Source: Burkholderiales bacterium
GTDB taxonomy: Bacteria; Pseudomonadota; Gammaproteobacteria; Burkholderiales; Casimicrobiaceae
Length of the DNA stretch: 64,000 nt
Assembly (NCBI GenBank): GCA_020851255.1
Contig: JADZDA010000295.1
Span: forward strand, 4,809-68,808
Direction: 5' to 3'
The notes under the pieces are model-generated. The model ran no database searches. It saw nothing but the letters and a program-made list of their open reading frames with translations, and was not told where the DNA came from. Position numbers and translations under genes: made by a program. Of the stretch, positions 30,899 to 41,508 are shown one piece after another. How positions within the stretch are numbered: the first letter of the stretch is position 1; every line of letters begins with the position of its first letter.

Positions 30899-32833
30899 TC
30901 AGCCCCTGGCGATGTCGAGGATCGTGTCGAACAGCGACGCCGCGAGCGCCATCACCTTGGCCGACGCCTGGTAGGCCTGCTGGTAGCGCTGGAGATTGGC
31001 GGCCTCCTCGTCGAGATTCACGCCGGAGACGCCCTGCTGCGCCGCCCGGAGCTGGCCGGTGACGATCGCCTGCGCGTCGCGCTCGACGCTCGCCTCGTGC
31101 GTCGCCTGGCCCACGTCGGACACGAGCGCGCCGTAGGCCGCCGCGAGGGTCGCCGTACCGCCGACGAGCGCCAGGTCGGCGAGGCCCGCGAGCTTCTGGG
31201 CGTTGCGATTGTCGCCGGCGCCGCCCAGGTTCGGCGAGATCGTGAACTGGTCGCCGTCCTTCGGCGCTCCGGCGGTCGTGAACGTGATGCCGCCGAACGA
31301 TACGGTCGCACCGTCGGTCCACGGGATGAACGAGGCCCCGGGATAGACGGTCGTCGTGCCGCCGACGGTGACCGACACCGGGACCGACGGAAACCCGGTC
31401 ATCGCGTTGGTGCCCGAGTTGTACGTGATCGTCAGCGGGGCGGCCAGCGGCGTCGCCCAGTAGGCGGACGAGATCGTCGTCGATGCGAACGATCCCGAGC
31501 CGGTGTTGGTGGCCAGCGATCCGGTGACGACCGGCAGCGCGGCGGCCAGCAGCGTCGGATCGGCGATCGCGAGCCGGAACGCGCCCGCCGAAGCGCGGAC
31601 CGCCTCGATCCGGTAGCGGTCTCCCGCCGCCGGCGCTCCCGACGCCATCGAGATCGCGAGGCCGTCGACGGTCTGCGGCAGCGACGCATAGGTCCACGAC
31701 GCCGAATCGCGCAGCCGCACGACCGTGTAGTTGGCGCCGTCGTAGCGCACCTCGTAGTCGCTGGCGGCGAGCGCCTTCGGGTCGGTGACCGCCACGCCCA
31801 GGACGCCGGTCCCGACGTTGGTCGACACCGAACGCGACGCCGGCGCACCGACGGCGAACAGGTCGACCCCGGCGTTGCCGGCCAGGTCCTGCCCCAGCCG
31901 GTGCTGTTCGTTCACGGTGCCGGCGAGGGCCGCGGCGATGCGGCCGAGGTCGTTCTGAGCGTTGACCAGCGCCTCATCGCGGTAAGCGATCAGGCCGCCC
32001 AGCGCCCCGCCGGCCAGATCGGAGGACTTGAGCGCGACAAAGCCGTTCGACGCCAGTCCGATCTGGAGGTCCTGCGGCGAGTCGATCGACGGGCGCGTCT
32101 CCAGCCGCGTCGCCGTCTGCCCGACGACCAGCGGCTGGCCGGACGACAGGAAGACGTTCATGCTCCCGTCGTCCTGGAGGACCGTGCGGATGCCGATCGA
32201 CGACGCGAGCCGCGCGGCGATCTCGTCGCGCCGATCGAGGAGATCGTTCGGCGGGCGCGTGGGATCACCGCTCGCCAGCGCGATCTGCCGGTTGAGCCGC
32301 GCGATCTCGGCGACGTCGCCGTTGATCGTGTCCACGGTCGAGGCGATCCGGCCGTTCGTCGACACGCGGATCCCGTCCAGTTGCCCGGACAGCACGCCGA
32401 ACCGCGATGCGAGCGCGCGCGCCGCGCCCAGCGCGGCCTGACGCGAAGGAATGTCGGCGGGATGCGCCGCGAGCGCCCCCATCGCCGTGAAGAACTCGTC
32501 GAGCGCGGGCGCGAGGCCGGCGGACGGATCGCCGAAGAGGTCGTCGAGCCGCGCGAGTTCGGTCGAGAGCGTTTCGAGCGCGGCGGTGTCCGCGGCGGCG
32601 GAACGAAGCTGGCTGACCAGGTGGTCGGCGTAGACGCGACGCACCGAGAGCACGTCCACGCCCTGCCCGATCCACCCCGAACCGGTGAAGACCGCCGGGC
32701 TCGCGGCCTGGATGATCTCCTGGCGGCTGTAGCCGGCGGTATTGACGTTGGCGATGTTGTGCCCGGCGGTCGTCAACCCCGCCTGCGCCGCCGTCAACCC
32801 GGTCATTCCGATGCCGAAGATGCCGTTGCCCAT
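30899..32833 (-). CDS. flgK: Hook-associated protein FlgK
   Basis: GHNIANVNTAGYSRQ, NDLLDRRD and SGVNLDEEAANL. Confidence 0.96.
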   Translation of the reverse strand: MGNGIFGIGMTGLTAAQAGLTTAGHNIANVNTAGYSRQEIIQAASPAVFTGSGWIGQGVDVLSVRRVYADHLVSQLRSAAADTAALETLSTELARLDDLFGDPSAGLAPALDEFFTAMGALAAHPADIPSRQAALGAARALASRFGVLSGQLDGIRVSTNGRIASTVDTINGDVAEIARLNRQIALASGDPTRPPNDLLDRRDEIAARLASSIGIRTVLQDDGSMNVFLSSGQPLVVGQTATRLETRPSIDSPQDLQIGLASNGFVALKSSDLAGGALGGLIAYRDEALVNAQNDLGRIAAALAGTVNEQHRLGQDLAGNAGVDLFAVGAPASRSVSTNVGTGVLGVAVTDPKALAASDYEVRYDGANYTVVRLRDSASWTYASLPQTVDGLAISMASGAPAAGDRYRIEAVRASAGAFRLAIADPTLLAAALPVVTGSLATNTGSGSFASTTISSAYWATPLAAPLTITYNSGTNAMTGFPSVPVSVTVGGTTTVYPGASFIPWTDGATVSFGGITFTTAGAPKDGDQFTISPNLGGAGDNRNAQKLAGLADLALVGGTATLAAAYGALVSDVGQATHEASVERDAQAIVTGQLRAAQQGVSGVNLDEEAANLQRYQQAYQASAKVMALAASLFDTILDIARG

Positions 32834-32857
32834 GCGCTGTTCCGGGTAGGCGCGGGC

Positions 32858-33850
32858 TTAGGCCCGGCGCGGGGACTCTCTGGGGATATCGGGTGCGGAA
32901 GCCGAAAGTTGAGCGGCCGCGGGCCCGGGCGCGTGGCGCCCGACCATCGCGATCGCCTGCGTGAGCTTCTCGGCGTAACGCGGGTCGGTCGCGTAGCCTG
33001 CCTTGGCGAGCCCGGCGGCCCAGCCCCGGGCATCGCCGGCACCCAGCGCGCCGGCATAGCGGCGGCTCGACTGCATCACCCGGGCGTAGTCCTGGAAAGC
33101 GTCGGAGACCGTGCCGTAGGCGCGGAAGGCCGCGACCACGGGCTGCGCCACGCCCGCGACGACCTCGACGGTGGCCGCGGCGACCGATGCGCCGGTCCAG
33201 CGCGATCCGGTCTTCATGCCGAACAGGTTGTTGCTGGCGGCACCGTCCGCCGACTTCGGCTGGCTGCGCCCCCAGCCGGTCTCGAGCCCCGCCTGGGCGA
33301 TCAGCCAGTCCGCGGAAACGCCGAGCTTTTTCGCGGCGGCTTCGGCGTGCGGGCGAACGCGGTCGGCGAAGTCGCGCACCGTTTGCGCGACGCCTGCACC
33401 GGTCCCGCCCGTCGGAACGCCGGCGCGCGGCGCCACGGTCGCAGCGGCGCGCGAAGTCGCGGGGTCGGTGGCGACCGGCGGGCGCGCGACGGACGACGAC
33501 GGCACCGACGCCCTGGCGCCCGTGTCGCCGGCGGGCGCCGGGGTCGTGATCTGCCGCGCGAGCTGCCGCTCGATCGCCTGGGCGAGTCCGATGCCGCGCG
33601 CGGCCATCTTCTGCGCGACCTCCCGGTCGAACATCGAGATCCACGATTTCCCGGCATCGCTCGAAAGCGGACCTTCCTGCGGCAGTGCGTCGCGCATCGC
33701 CTTCATCATCTGCTGGACGAGCAACGCCTCGAACTCGCGCGCGGCCGAGCCGGCGGCGGCCTTCGGGTCGTCGCGCGCGCGCGTCCGCAGCGCGTCCAGA
33801 CCCCGCGCGTCCATCGCGAGCGACGAGGCCTGCGCGGTCGGGATCGCCAT
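32858..33850 (-). CDS. flgJ: Rod cap/peptidoglycan hydrolase FlgJ
   Basis: AAREFEALLVQQMMKAMR rod-binding part; muramidase motifs AQAGLETGWG, NNLFGMK and YATDPRY; ATG 33850. Confidence 0.94.
   Translation of the reverse strand: MAIPTAQASSLAMDARGLDALRTRARDDPKAAAGSAAREFEALLVQQMMKAMRDALPQEGPLSSDAGKSWISMFDREVAQKMAARGIGLAQAIERQLARQITTPAPAGDTGARASVPSSSVARPPVATDPATSRAAATVAPRAGVPTGGTGAGVAQTVRDFADRVRPHAEAAAKKLGVSADWLIAQAGLETGWGRSQPKSADGAASNNLFGMKTGSRWTGASVAAATVEVVAGVAQPVVAAFRAYGTVSDAFQDYARVMQSSRRYAGALGAGDARGWAAGLAKAGYATDPRYAEKLTQAIAMVGRHAPGPAAAQLSASAPDIPRESPRRA
32886..32912 (-). promoter_or_regulatory. Sigma28-type promoter for flgKL, inside the 3' end of flgJ
   Basis: Minus strand TCAAC-N14-CCCGATAT, about 50 bp upstream of flgK. 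Confidence 0.6.
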
Positions 33851-34995
33851 CAGATCACCTCGATGTCGGCCTTGAGCGCGCCCGAGGACTTCATCGCCTG
33901 GAGGATCGCCAGCAGGTCCTGCGGGTTCGCGCCCAGCGTGTTGAGCGCGCGCACGACGTCGGCGAGCTTGGCGCCCGGCGCGAGCGAGACCAGGTTCGTG
34001 CCCTCCTGCTTGACGTCGATCTGCGCCCGTTCGGTGACGACGGTCTCGCCTTTCGAGAACGGCGCCGGCTGCGAGATCACCGGATCGCTCTGGATGGTGA
34101 CCGTCAGGTTGCCGTGCGCGACCGCGCACTCGTCGAGCGTGACGGCGCGGTTCATGACGATGGAACCGGTGCGCGCGTTGATGACGATGCGCGCCGCCGG
34201 GATCGCCACGTCGACGCCGACGTTCTCGAGCTCGGCGATGAACGCCACGCGCTCGTCGCTGCCCTGCGGCGCCTTGACCCGGATCACCCGGCCGTCGGCG
34301 GCGGCCGCCGAACCGGTGCCGAAGCGGCGGTTGATCGCGTCGACCATCGAGCGCGCGACGCCGAAGTCGGCGTCCTTGAGTTCGATCTGGACGAAATCGC
34401 CGGAGCCCAGCGTCGTGGGCACCGACCGCTCGACCGTCGCGCCGCCGGGGATACGCCCGGCGTTCAGCTGGTTGACCTGCGTCTTGCTGCCCCCGGCGGA
34501 GGCGCCGGCGCCGGCGATGGCGACGTTGCCCTGCGCCATCGCGTAGATCTGGCCGTTGGCGCCCTTGAGCGGCGTCATGAGCAGCGTGCCGCCGCGCAGG
34601 CTCTTCGCGTTGCCCATCGACGAGACGGTGACGTCGAGCAACTGCCCCGGCTGGACGTAGGGCGGGAGCTGCGCGGTGACCATGACCGCCGCGACGTTCT
34701 TGAGCTGCAGGCTCTGTCCCGGCGGCAGGTTGACGCCGAGCTGCGAGAGCATCGACTGCAGGCTCTGGGTCGTGAACGGCGTCTGCGTCGTCTGGTCGCC
34801 GGTGCCGTCCAGCCCCACGACGAGCCCGTAGCCGATCAGCTGGTTGGTTCTCGCGCCGGCGAGGTTCGCGAGATCCTTGACGCGCTCGGCCGCAGCGGCC
34901 GGCGCGAACAGCGCGAGCGCGGCGGCGAGCCATGCGGCGGCGAGGTGGATGGCCAGGCTCGGGCGTAGCGTCCGGCGGGTCGGATGGGTGCGCAT
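33850..34995 (-). CDS. flgI: P-ring protein FlgI
   Basis: Signal peptide, NQLIGYGLVVGLDGTGD, KNVAAVMVTA and SLRGGTLL. Confidence 0.97.
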   Translation of the reverse strand: MRTHPTRRTLRPSLAIHLAAAWLAAALALFAPAAAAERVKDLANLAGARTNQLIGYGLVVGLDGTGDQTTQTPFTTQSLQSMLSQLGVNLPPGQSLQLKNVAAVMVTAQLPPYVQPGQLLDVTVSSMGNAKSLRGGTLLMTPLKGANGQIYAMAQGNVAIAGAGASAGGSKTQVNQLNAGRIPGGATVERSVPTTLGSGDFVQIELKDADFGVARSMVDAINRRFGTGSAAAADGRVIRVKAPQGSDERVAFIAELENVGVDVAIPAARIVINARTGSIVMNRAVTLDECAVAHGNLTVTIQSDPVISQPAPFSKGETVVTERAQIDVKQEGTNLVSLAPGAKLADVVRALNTLGANPQDLLAILQAMKSSGALKADIEVI

Positions 34996-35014
34996 GGCGG
35001 TTCCTCGCGGGCGC

Positions 35015-35716
35015 TCAGAACGGCATGACCGACTGGAAGACGCGCGAGAGCCAGCCCATCGTCTGCGCCTCGTCGATGTAGCCGCTGCCGCGGTACTCGA
35101 TGCGCGCGTCGGCGACCGTCGTCGACGACACCGTGTTCCCGGCGAGGATGAACGCCGGGTTGACGACGCCGGACACGCGGATGAACTCGGATCCCTGGTT
35201 GATGCCGATCTGCTTCTCGCCGGCGACGATCAGGTTCCCGTTGGGCAGCACCTCGATCACCGTCGCGGTGAGCGTGCCGGTGAACACGTTGTTGGCGGCG
35301 GAATCGCCACCGCCCTCGAATTCGTTCTTGCTGTCCGCCTTGATGCTGCCGCCGGGCGTGCTCCACTTGCCGACCTGGACGTCGGGGACGACGAAGCTCA
35401 TCGCACCCTTGCGGTCGGCCGCGGTCGTCGCGCTCTTGCTGGCGGCGACCTTCTCGTTGATCTGGATCGTCAGCGTGTCGCCGACGTTGCGCGCGCGCCG
35501 GTCCTCGAACAAGGGCTGGTAGTTCGCGTAGGCGACGTGCAGCGGCTGGAAGATCGCGCCGGTCTGCGGTCCCGCGATCAGCGGCGTCGGAGCCGCCGGC
35601 CGGACGGTCATCGGCTGGTGCACCTCGACGACCCGCAGCGCGTCGGAGGTCGTCTTGCACGCCGCGAGCGGCAGCGCGAGCGCGGCGATCGCGGCGAGGG
35701 CGAGGATCCGGTTCAT
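35015..35716 (-). CDS. flgH: L-ring lipoprotein FlgH
   Basis: Lipobox LAAC, LFEDRRARNVGD, VLPNGNL and ADARIEY. Confidence 0.96.
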   Translation of the reverse strand: MNRILALAAIAALALPLAACKTTSDALRVVEVHQPMTVRPAAPTPLIAGPQTGAIFQPLHVAYANYQPLFEDRRARNVGDTLTIQINEKVAASKSATTAADRKGAMSFVVPDVQVGKWSTPGGSIKADSKNEFEGGGDSAANNVFTGTLTATVIEVLPNGNLIVAGEKQIGINQGSEFIRVSGVVNPAFILAGNTVSSTTVADARIEYRGSGYIDEAQTMGWLSRVFQSVMPF

Positions 35717-35737
35717 CGCGTGTCCTGGGGGTCCGTC

Positions 35738-36520
35738 TCAGAGCTGCGACAGGCGCTGGAGCATCTGGTCGCTGGTCTGCACGGCCTTGGAGTTGATCTC
35801 GTAGGCGCGCTGGGTCTGGATCATCGCGACCAGCTCCTCGACGACGTTCACGTTCGACGTCTCGACGTAGCCCTGGGTGATCAGGCCGGCGCCGTTGCTG
35901 CCCGGCGTGTTGGTGGTCGGCGCGCCCGACGAGCCGGTCTCGACCAGCAGGTTCTCGCCGCGCGACTCGAGGCCGGCCGGATTGATGAAGTTCGCGATCT
36001 GCAGCGTCCCGACCTGCGTGGCCGCCGCCTGGCCCGGCTGGGTCACCGTCACCACGCCGTCGCGACCGATCGACACCGATTGCGCGTTGGCGGGGATGGT
36101 GATCGCCGGCGAGACCGGATAGCCGCCCGAGGTGACGAGCTGTCCCTGCGCGTCGGTGTGCAGCGACCCGTCGCGCGTGTAGGCGAGCGTGCCGTCCGGC
36201 ATCGAGACCTGGAGGAATCCCTGGCCGCGGATCGCCAGGTCGAGCGGATTGCCGGTCTGCTGCAGGTTGCCCTGCGTGTGGATGCGCTCGGTGGCGACCG
36301 GCCGCACACCGGTGCCGACCTGCAGGCCGGTGGGGAGCTGCGTCTGCTGCGACGACGACGCGCCGGGCTGGCGCACGGTCTGGTAGAGGAGATCCTCGAA
36401 CACCGCGCGCGAGCGCTTGAAGCCGGTCGTGCCGACGTTGGCGAGGTTGTTCGAGATGACGTCGAGCTGGGTCTGCTGCGCGTCCAGCCCGGTCTTGGCG
36501 ATCCACAGCGACCGAATCAT
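35738..36520 (-). CDS. flgG: Distal rod protein FlgG
   Basis: [23 protein letters not shown] and [11 protein letters not shown]. Confidence 0.97.
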   Translation of the reverse strand: MIRSLWIAKTGLDAQQTQLDVISNNLANVGTTGFKRSRAVFEDLLYQTVRQPGASSSQQTQLPTGLQVGTGVRPVATERIHTQGNLQQTGNPLDLAIRGQGFLQVSMPDGTLAYTRDGSLHTDAQGQLVTSGGYPVSPAITIPANAQSVSIGRDGVVTVTQPGQAAATQVGTLQIANFINPAGLESRGENLLVETGSSGAPTTNTPGSNGAGLITQGYVETSNVNVVEELVAMIQTQRAYEINSKAVQTSDQMLQRLSQL

Positions 36521-36550
36521 GGGAACTCCTTCCTCACCTGTTCAATGCGA

Positions 36551-37297
36551 TCAGCCGTTCGCCGGCGCGAGCAGCTGCGTGGCGCGCTGGGCGTCCGCCT
36601 CGGCGCTCTGCAGCAGCTTCATCTGCAGCTCGAACTGCCGCGCGTAACCGATCATGTCGACCATCGCGGAAACCGGGTTGACGTTGCTGCCCTCGAGGGC
36701 GCCGGCGGTGACGCCGGCGGCGGGATCGGCGTCGAGCGGAGCGCCGCCCTTCGCGCGGAACAGCCCGTCGCCGCCCTTGACGAAGCCGTCGTCCGGCGGC
36801 GAGACGAGCTTGAGCCGCCCGAGCACCTGGACGTTGGCGCTGCCCTGCGCGTCGACGACCGCCGAGACGGTTCCGTCCTTCGCGATCGTGATCCTCGCGC
36901 CTTCCGGCACGCTGATCGGACCGCCGTCGCCCAGCACGGTCAGGCCCCCGGCCGTCTTGAGCTCGCCGTCGGCCGAGAGCGCGAGCCGGCCGTTGCGCGT
37001 GTAGGCTTCCCCGCCGTCTTTGGTCTGCACGGCGAGCATCGCGCCGCCGTCGATCGCGACATCGAGCTCGCGCCCGGTCTTCTCGACCGTGCCGGTGCGG
37101 AAATCCGCGCCCGGCGTCGTCGCGACCGCGTAGGCGCGCGTGGGCGCGCCGTCGCCGACCAGCGGCACGACGCGGAACGCGACGGTGTCGGCCTTGTAGC
37201 CGGGCGTCGACGCGTTGGCGAGATTGTGCGCGGCGACCCCCTGCTGCTGCAGGATCTGCTGCGCGCCGGTCATCGCGATGTAGATCAGGCGGTCCAT
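36551..37297 (-). CDS. flgF: Proximal rod protein FlgF
   Basis: MDRLIYIAMTGA, AHNLANASTPG and LEGSNVNPV. Confidence 0.96.
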   Translation of the reverse strand: MDRLIYIAMTGAQQILQQQGVAAHNLANASTPGYKADTVAFRVVPLVGDGAPTRAYAVATTPGADFRTGTVEKTGRELDVAIDGGAMLAVQTKDGGEAYTRNGRLALSADGELKTAGGLTVLGDGGPISVPEGARITIAKDGTVSAVVDAQGSANVQVLGRLKLVSPPDDGFVKGGDGLFRAKGGAPLDADPAAGVTAGALEGSNVNPVSAMVDMIGYARQFELQMKLLQSAEADAQRATQLLAPANG

Positions 37298-37337
37298 GGC
37301 GTCGGTTCAGCGTCGGGAGGGGTCCGCTCCGCCGTCG

Positions 37338-38546
37338 TCAGCGGAGGTTCACCAGCGTGTTGAGCACCTGGTCCTGCGTCTTGATCGTCTGCGCGTTCGC
37401 CTGGTAGGTGCGCTGCGCCGTGATCATGTCGACCAGTTCCTGCGTCAGGTCGACGTTGGAATCCTCGACCGCTCCGGACTGCAGCACGCCGAAGTGGCTC
37501 GCGCCGGGCACGCCGGGCAGCGGCTGGCCGGACGCGGCGGTCTCGCCCCAGGCGTTGCCGCCGAGCGGCTGCAGGCCCTGCGGGTTGGCGAAGCTCGCGA
37601 GCATCACCTGCCCCAGCGTGCGCGACTCGCCGTTGGAGTAGCGACCGAGGATGGTGCCGTCGGAGCTCACGGCGTAGCCGGAGAGCTGCCCGGCCGCGTA
37701 GCCGTCCTGCTGGAGGGCGTCGACCGAGAACGGACTGCCGTACTGGGTCGCGTCGCCCATCTCGAGCGTGAAGGCGAACGGCGTCACCGCGCCGTTGGTC
37801 AGTGCCGCGGAGATGTTGAACGGGCCGCCGGAGGCGTAGGTGCCGTCGGGATTGAACGTCAGCGTCCCGAGGGAGCCGGCGAGCGCCGTGCCGTCCATCG
37901 CGCCGTACACCGACCAGGTGTTCGCCGCGGTCTTGACGTAGTAGGTGGACAGCGCGTGCGCGTTGCCGAGGCTGTCGTAGACGGTGATCGCCGTGGCGCG
38001 GTTGTAGGTCGCCGGGTCGTCGATGTCGAACGGGAGCGCGATGATCGGGTCGCCGGCGTCCAGGTTGAGCCCGATCGACGCCTCGGTCGTCGGGGTCGCC
38101 TGCAGCTGGGCGGCGGACACCTGGAGCGGGCCGGGGTTGGCGACCAGCAGCGTGCCGTTGGCGTCGACGCCGTAGCCCGACAGCCGAGCGCCGGCCGCGT
38201 TGACGATGTAGCCGTCCTTGTCCAGGTGGAACTGGCCGTTGCGGGAGAAGCTCACCGCGCCGTTCTGCTCGATGCGGAAGAAGCCGTTGCCGTTGATCGC
38301 CAGGTCGAGCGGGTTGCTCGTCGTGCGGATGTTGCCCTGGACGAAGTCCGGCTGGATGGACGCGACCGACACGCCGATGCCCGCGCCGGTGCCGCCGGCC
38401 GCGGCGAGCGAGTTCGCGTAGACGTCGGCGAACAGCGCCTCCGATCCCTTGAACCCGACGGTGTTGGCGTTGGCGACGTTGTTGCCGATGACGTCGAGCG
38501 CGCGCGCGGCGGCGTTGAGTCCGGACAGTCCCTGCTGGAATCCCAT
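37338..38546 (-). CDS. flgE: Hook protein FlgE
   Basis: MGFQQGLSGL..IGNNVANANTVGFK, YDSLG and SNVDLTQELV. Confidence 0.96.
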   Translation of the reverse strand: MGFQQGLSGLNAAARALDVIGNNVANANTVGFKGSEALFADVYANSLAAAGGTGAGIGVSVASIQPDFVQGNIRTTSNPLDLAINGNGFFRIEQNGAVSFSRNGQFHLDKDGYIVNAAGARLSGYGVDANGTLLVANPGPLQVSAAQLQATPTTEASIGLNLDAGDPIIALPFDIDDPATYNRATAITVYDSLGNAHALSTYYVKTAANTWSVYGAMDGTALAGSLGTLTFNPDGTYASGGPFNISAALTNGAVTPFAFTLEMGDATQYGSPFSVDALQQDGYAAGQLSGYAVSSDGTILGRYSNGESRTLGQVMLASFANPQGLQPLGGNAWGETAASGQPLPGVPGASHFGVLQSGAVEDSNVDLTQELVDMITAQRTYQANAQTIKTQDQVLNTLVNLR

Positions 38547-38562
38547 GGCGTGGCTCCGTGTG

Positions 38563-39402
38563 TCAGTGGAAGGCGCGCACCGCGTCGATCGCGATCTCGC
38601 CCAGGCTGCCCAGGACGAGTCGCGGGCCGTCGGCACCGGCGACGACGCCGGTGACGCGCGCGAGCGTGGAGGTCGTGGCGGCGACCGCGCCTTCGGCGCC
38701 GGTCGCGGTCACGGTGAACGTGTAGCGGCCGGGCGCGGCGAGCGCGCCCGAATCGGTCTTGCCGTCCCAGGTGAACGCGCCCTCGCCCGCCGGCTGCGCC
38801 GGCAGCGTCAGCGTGCGCACCGGCTTGCCGGACGCGTCGGCGATCGTGACCGTCACCGCGTTCGCCGCCGAAACGAGGTCGAAGCCGCCGCTCGCGTCCT
38901 CGCCGTCGAACGCGATCGCGTTCCCGTCGACGGTCACGTCGTGGCCGACCAGCGCGGCCGCCTGCAGCGTGCGGTCGGCGGCCTGCGCCGAGAGCAGCGC
39001 GGCGAGCGACTCGTTCATCCGGTTGATGCCGGTGACCGTGGAGAGCTGCGCGAGCTGCGTGGTCACCTGCGCGTTGTCCATCGGATTGAGCGGATCCTGG
39101 TTGCGCAACTGCGTCACCAGCAGCGTGAGGAAGCGGTCGGCCGCCTCCTGCGTCGCCGCGGCGGGGTCGGTCGCGGCCTTGGCCTGCGCGGTGGTCGCCG
39201 TGCCCGACGACTTCGGCACCGCCGGCGGCAGCGCTTTCCCGGCGGCGGGCGCGACGGCCGGAGCGGTCGCCTTCTGGAGCGCCCCGGCGAACGTCGCGGC
39301 CTTCGCCGCCGCGCCGCGCGGCAGCGACGAGGCGAGCGCGGCGGTGACCGGCGCGGTGAGCGCCTTCGCGGCGGCGCCGAACGAACGGGCGAGATCGAGC
39401 AT
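38563..39402 (-). CDS. flgD: Hook capping protein FlgD
   Basis: FLTLLVTQLRNQDPLNPMDN, QLAQLS and FTWDG. Confidence 0.95.
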   Translation of the reverse strand: MLDLARSFGAAAKALTAPVTAALASSLPRGAAAKAATFAGALQKATAPAVAPAAGKALPPAVPKSSGTATTAQAKAATDPAAATQEAADRFLTLLVTQLRNQDPLNPMDNAQVTTQLAQLSTVTGINRMNESLAALLSAQAADRTLQAAALVGHDVTVDGNAIAFDGEDASGGFDLVSAANAVTVTIADASGKPVRTLTLPAQPAGEGAFTWDGKTDSGALAAPGRYTFTVTATGAEGAVAATTSTLARVTGVVAGADGPRLVLGSLGEIAIDAVRAFH

Positions 39403-39418
39403 CGGAGGGCTCCCGGGG

Positions 39419-39826
39419 CTATTGGCCGAGCTGCAGCGTCTTGGCGAGCAGGCTCTTCGCCGTGTTCATCACCTCGACGTTCGACTGGTAGGCGCGCGAC
39501 GCCGAGATCATGTTGACCATTTCGTCGACGATGCTCACGTTGGGCATGGTCACGAATCCTTCCGTGTCCGCCGACGGGTGGCCCGGCTGGTGGACGCGCC
39601 GTCCGGGCGAGGCGTCCTCGATGACGCCGGCGACCGCGACCTTCGGCGGCCCGACGCCGGTCTCGGGCGCGACCGCGCGGAAGACGACCTGCTTCGCGCG
39701 GTATGGCTTGCCGTCAGGTCCGACGACGCTCTCGGCGTTCGCGAGATTCGACGCCGTGGTGTTGAGGCGCTGCGACTGCGCGGTGAGCGCGCTGCCGGCG
39801 ATGTCGAACACGTTGAAGAGGTTCAT
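39419..39826 (-). CDS. flgC: Rod protein FlgC
   Basis: [28 protein letters not shown] and [12 protein letters not shown]. Confidence 0.96.
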   Translation of the reverse strand: MNLFNVFDIAGSALTAQSQRLNTTASNLANAESVVGPDGKPYRAKQVVFRAVAPETGVGPPKVAVAGVIEDASPGRRVHQPGHPSADTEGFVTMPNVSIVDEMVNMISASRAYQSNVEVMNTAKSLLAKTLQLGQ

Positions 39827-39831
39827 GGTCG

Positions 39832-40179
39832 TCAACCCTGCATGGCCGCGAGCATCGATCGGATCTGGGCGTTCAGCATCTTGAGCGCCGCTTCGTAGCG
39901 GACCGAGTTGTCGGCGAAGCGCGCGCGCTCCGCGTCCATCTCGACGCTGTTGCCGTCGAGCGCGTCCTGGACCGGCCTCCGGTAGAGGAGCTCCGGTGCC
40001 GAGGCCGCGCCGCGCCGGCCCACCGCCTCGTCGAGCGCACGCGTGAAATCGAAGTCGACGGCCTTGTAGCCGGGCGTGTCGGCGTTGGCGATGTTCCCCG
40101 CGATGACGCTCTGCCGGTACGCGCGCAGCTTGAGCGCCTCGGTGTTGAGCTTCAGGAAGTCGTCGAGTCGGTCGATCAC
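39832..40179 (-). CDS. flgB: Rod protein FlgB
   Basis: [15 protein letters not shown] and [10 protein letters not shown]. Confidence 0.95.
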   Translation of the reverse strand: MIDRLDDFLKLNTEALKLRAYRQSVIAGNIANADTPGYKAVDFDFTRALDEAVGRRGAASAPELLYRRPVQDALDGNSVEMDAERARFADNSVRYEAALKMLNAQIRSMLAAMQG

Positions 40180-40367
40180 GTCGGTCTCGCGTTCGGGATT
40201 TCGAGTCGCTGGCCGGATGTTCCGCTGCGCCCGCGCGGGACGATCTCGCGATCAGGCCGGATAATCCCCGCCTGTTCGGGCGGACGGCGGTACGCGCCCG
40301 CGCGTAGATTCCCTGCCATCGGGTCGGACTCGCCAGCAGGCGGGTCCCCGGGAACGCCGGAGGATTC

Positions 40368-41144
40368 ATGACCATGGGCCGGGGCATACGCATCGCCACG
40401 ACGTTCGTCGCCGCCGGCATCGCGCTGGCCGTTTCGGCGGGCGCGCCGACCGAAGCCGTCCCGGCACCGGTGTCCGCCGTGTCGGCCGGCGGTGCCGGCG
40501 ACCTCCCCGACCGGATCCGATTCCTGCTCGAGCGGGAGCGCGCCGGCGGACTGGACGTCGATGTCGAGATCGGCAGCCTGGATCCGGCGCTCAAGCTCGC
40601 CCCCTGCGCGCGGGCGGAGCCTTTCCTGCCGCCCAACGCGCGGCTGTGGGGCAAGGGATCGGTCGGCGTACGATGCGTCGACGGTGCCCGCTGGACCGCC
40701 TGGGTTCCGGTCCATGTCCGTGTCTGGGGTGAATCGCCGGTGGCCGGGCGCGACCTCGCGCGCGGCAAGCCCGTGACGGCCGACGACATCCGGGTCGAAC
40801 GCATCGAGTTGACCCGGCTGCCGGCCGGCCAGCTGACCACGCCGGAGCACGTCCTCGGCCGTTTGCCGATCCGCTCGATCGCGGCCGGCGAGCCGCTCAG
40901 GGCGGACCTGCTCCGGGCGCCGCCGGTCGTCCAGGCCGGCGACCCGGTCCGGATCGTGCTTGTCGGCGAAGGATTCACGATCAGCACCGAAGGCAAGGCG
41001 CTGACCGCCGCCGCCGACGGTCAGTCGGTGTCGGTCGCTCCTGCCGGTACCACCGGCCGGGCGGTCGCAGGCGTCGCCCGGCCCGGGGGGCTGGTCGAGA
41101 TTCGTCCGGCCGACCCCTCAAGTCTCGCTGCGCGGAGCCGATAA
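40368..41144 (+). CDS. flgA: P-ring assembly chaperone FlgA
   Basis: Divergent from flgB; signal peptide, Cys pair (LAPC..VRC), SAF region and VQAGDPV..GKAL. Confidence 0.88.
   Translation: MTMGRGIRIATTFVAAGIALAVSAGAPTEAVPAPVSAVSAGGAGDLPDRIRFLLERERAGGLDVDVEIGSLDPALKLAPCARAEPFLPPNARLWGKGSVGVRCVDGARWTAWVPVHVRVWGESPVAGRDLARGKPVTADDIRVERIELTRLPAGQLTTPEHVLGRLPIRSIAAGEPLRADLLRAPPVVQAGDPVRIVLVGEGFTISTEGKALTAAADGQSVSVAPAGTTGRAVAGVARPGGLVEIRPADPSSLAARSR
41118..41144 (+). promoter_or_regulatory. Sigma28-type promoter of flgMN, overlapping the flgA stop
   Basis: TCAAG-N14-GCCGATAA; the final TAA is also the flgA stop codon. Confidence 0.8.
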
Positions 41145-41211
41145 TCACGCATCGACGGCACCGGAGCCCTCTGTGGGCCCCGTATCCGGCGAAGCACTGG
41201 AGACGTCCAAG

Positions 41212-41508
41212 ATGAAGATCCCGCCCAGTTCCGACCTCCTGAAATCGGTGCAAGGCCCGGCGTCCAACGGCTCGCGCGCCAACGGCGCGCAGAGCGCCGC
41301 CGCGCCCGCGGCCACCGACCGGGTCACGTTGTCGGTCCCCCTTTCGACCGGCGAAGCGGCGGCCGCACCCGAGGCGTCGTTCGACCGGGCGAAGGTCGAG
41401 GCGATCAAGACCGCGATCCGCGACGGCACGCTGAGCGTCGACAGCGGCGTGGTGGCCGACCGGATGCTCGCCCAGGCGCTGGCACTGATCACCAAGGGCC
41501 GGTCATGA
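41212..41508 (+). CDS. flgM: Anti-sigma28 factor FlgM
   Basis: MKI start, DRVTLS, FDRAKVEAIKTAIRDG and VADRML. Confidence 0.9.
   Translation: MKIPPSSDLLKSVQGPASNGSRANGAQSAAAPAATDRVTLSVPLSTGEAAAAPEASFDRAKVEAIKTAIRDGTLSVDSGVVADRMLAQALALITKGRS

Noticed and set aside
40250-40290. Possible FlhDC box upstream of flgB/flgA (CCGGATAA, similar to CCGGATTA upstream of flhB)
   Set aside because: The match is too short to support a binding-site call by eye.
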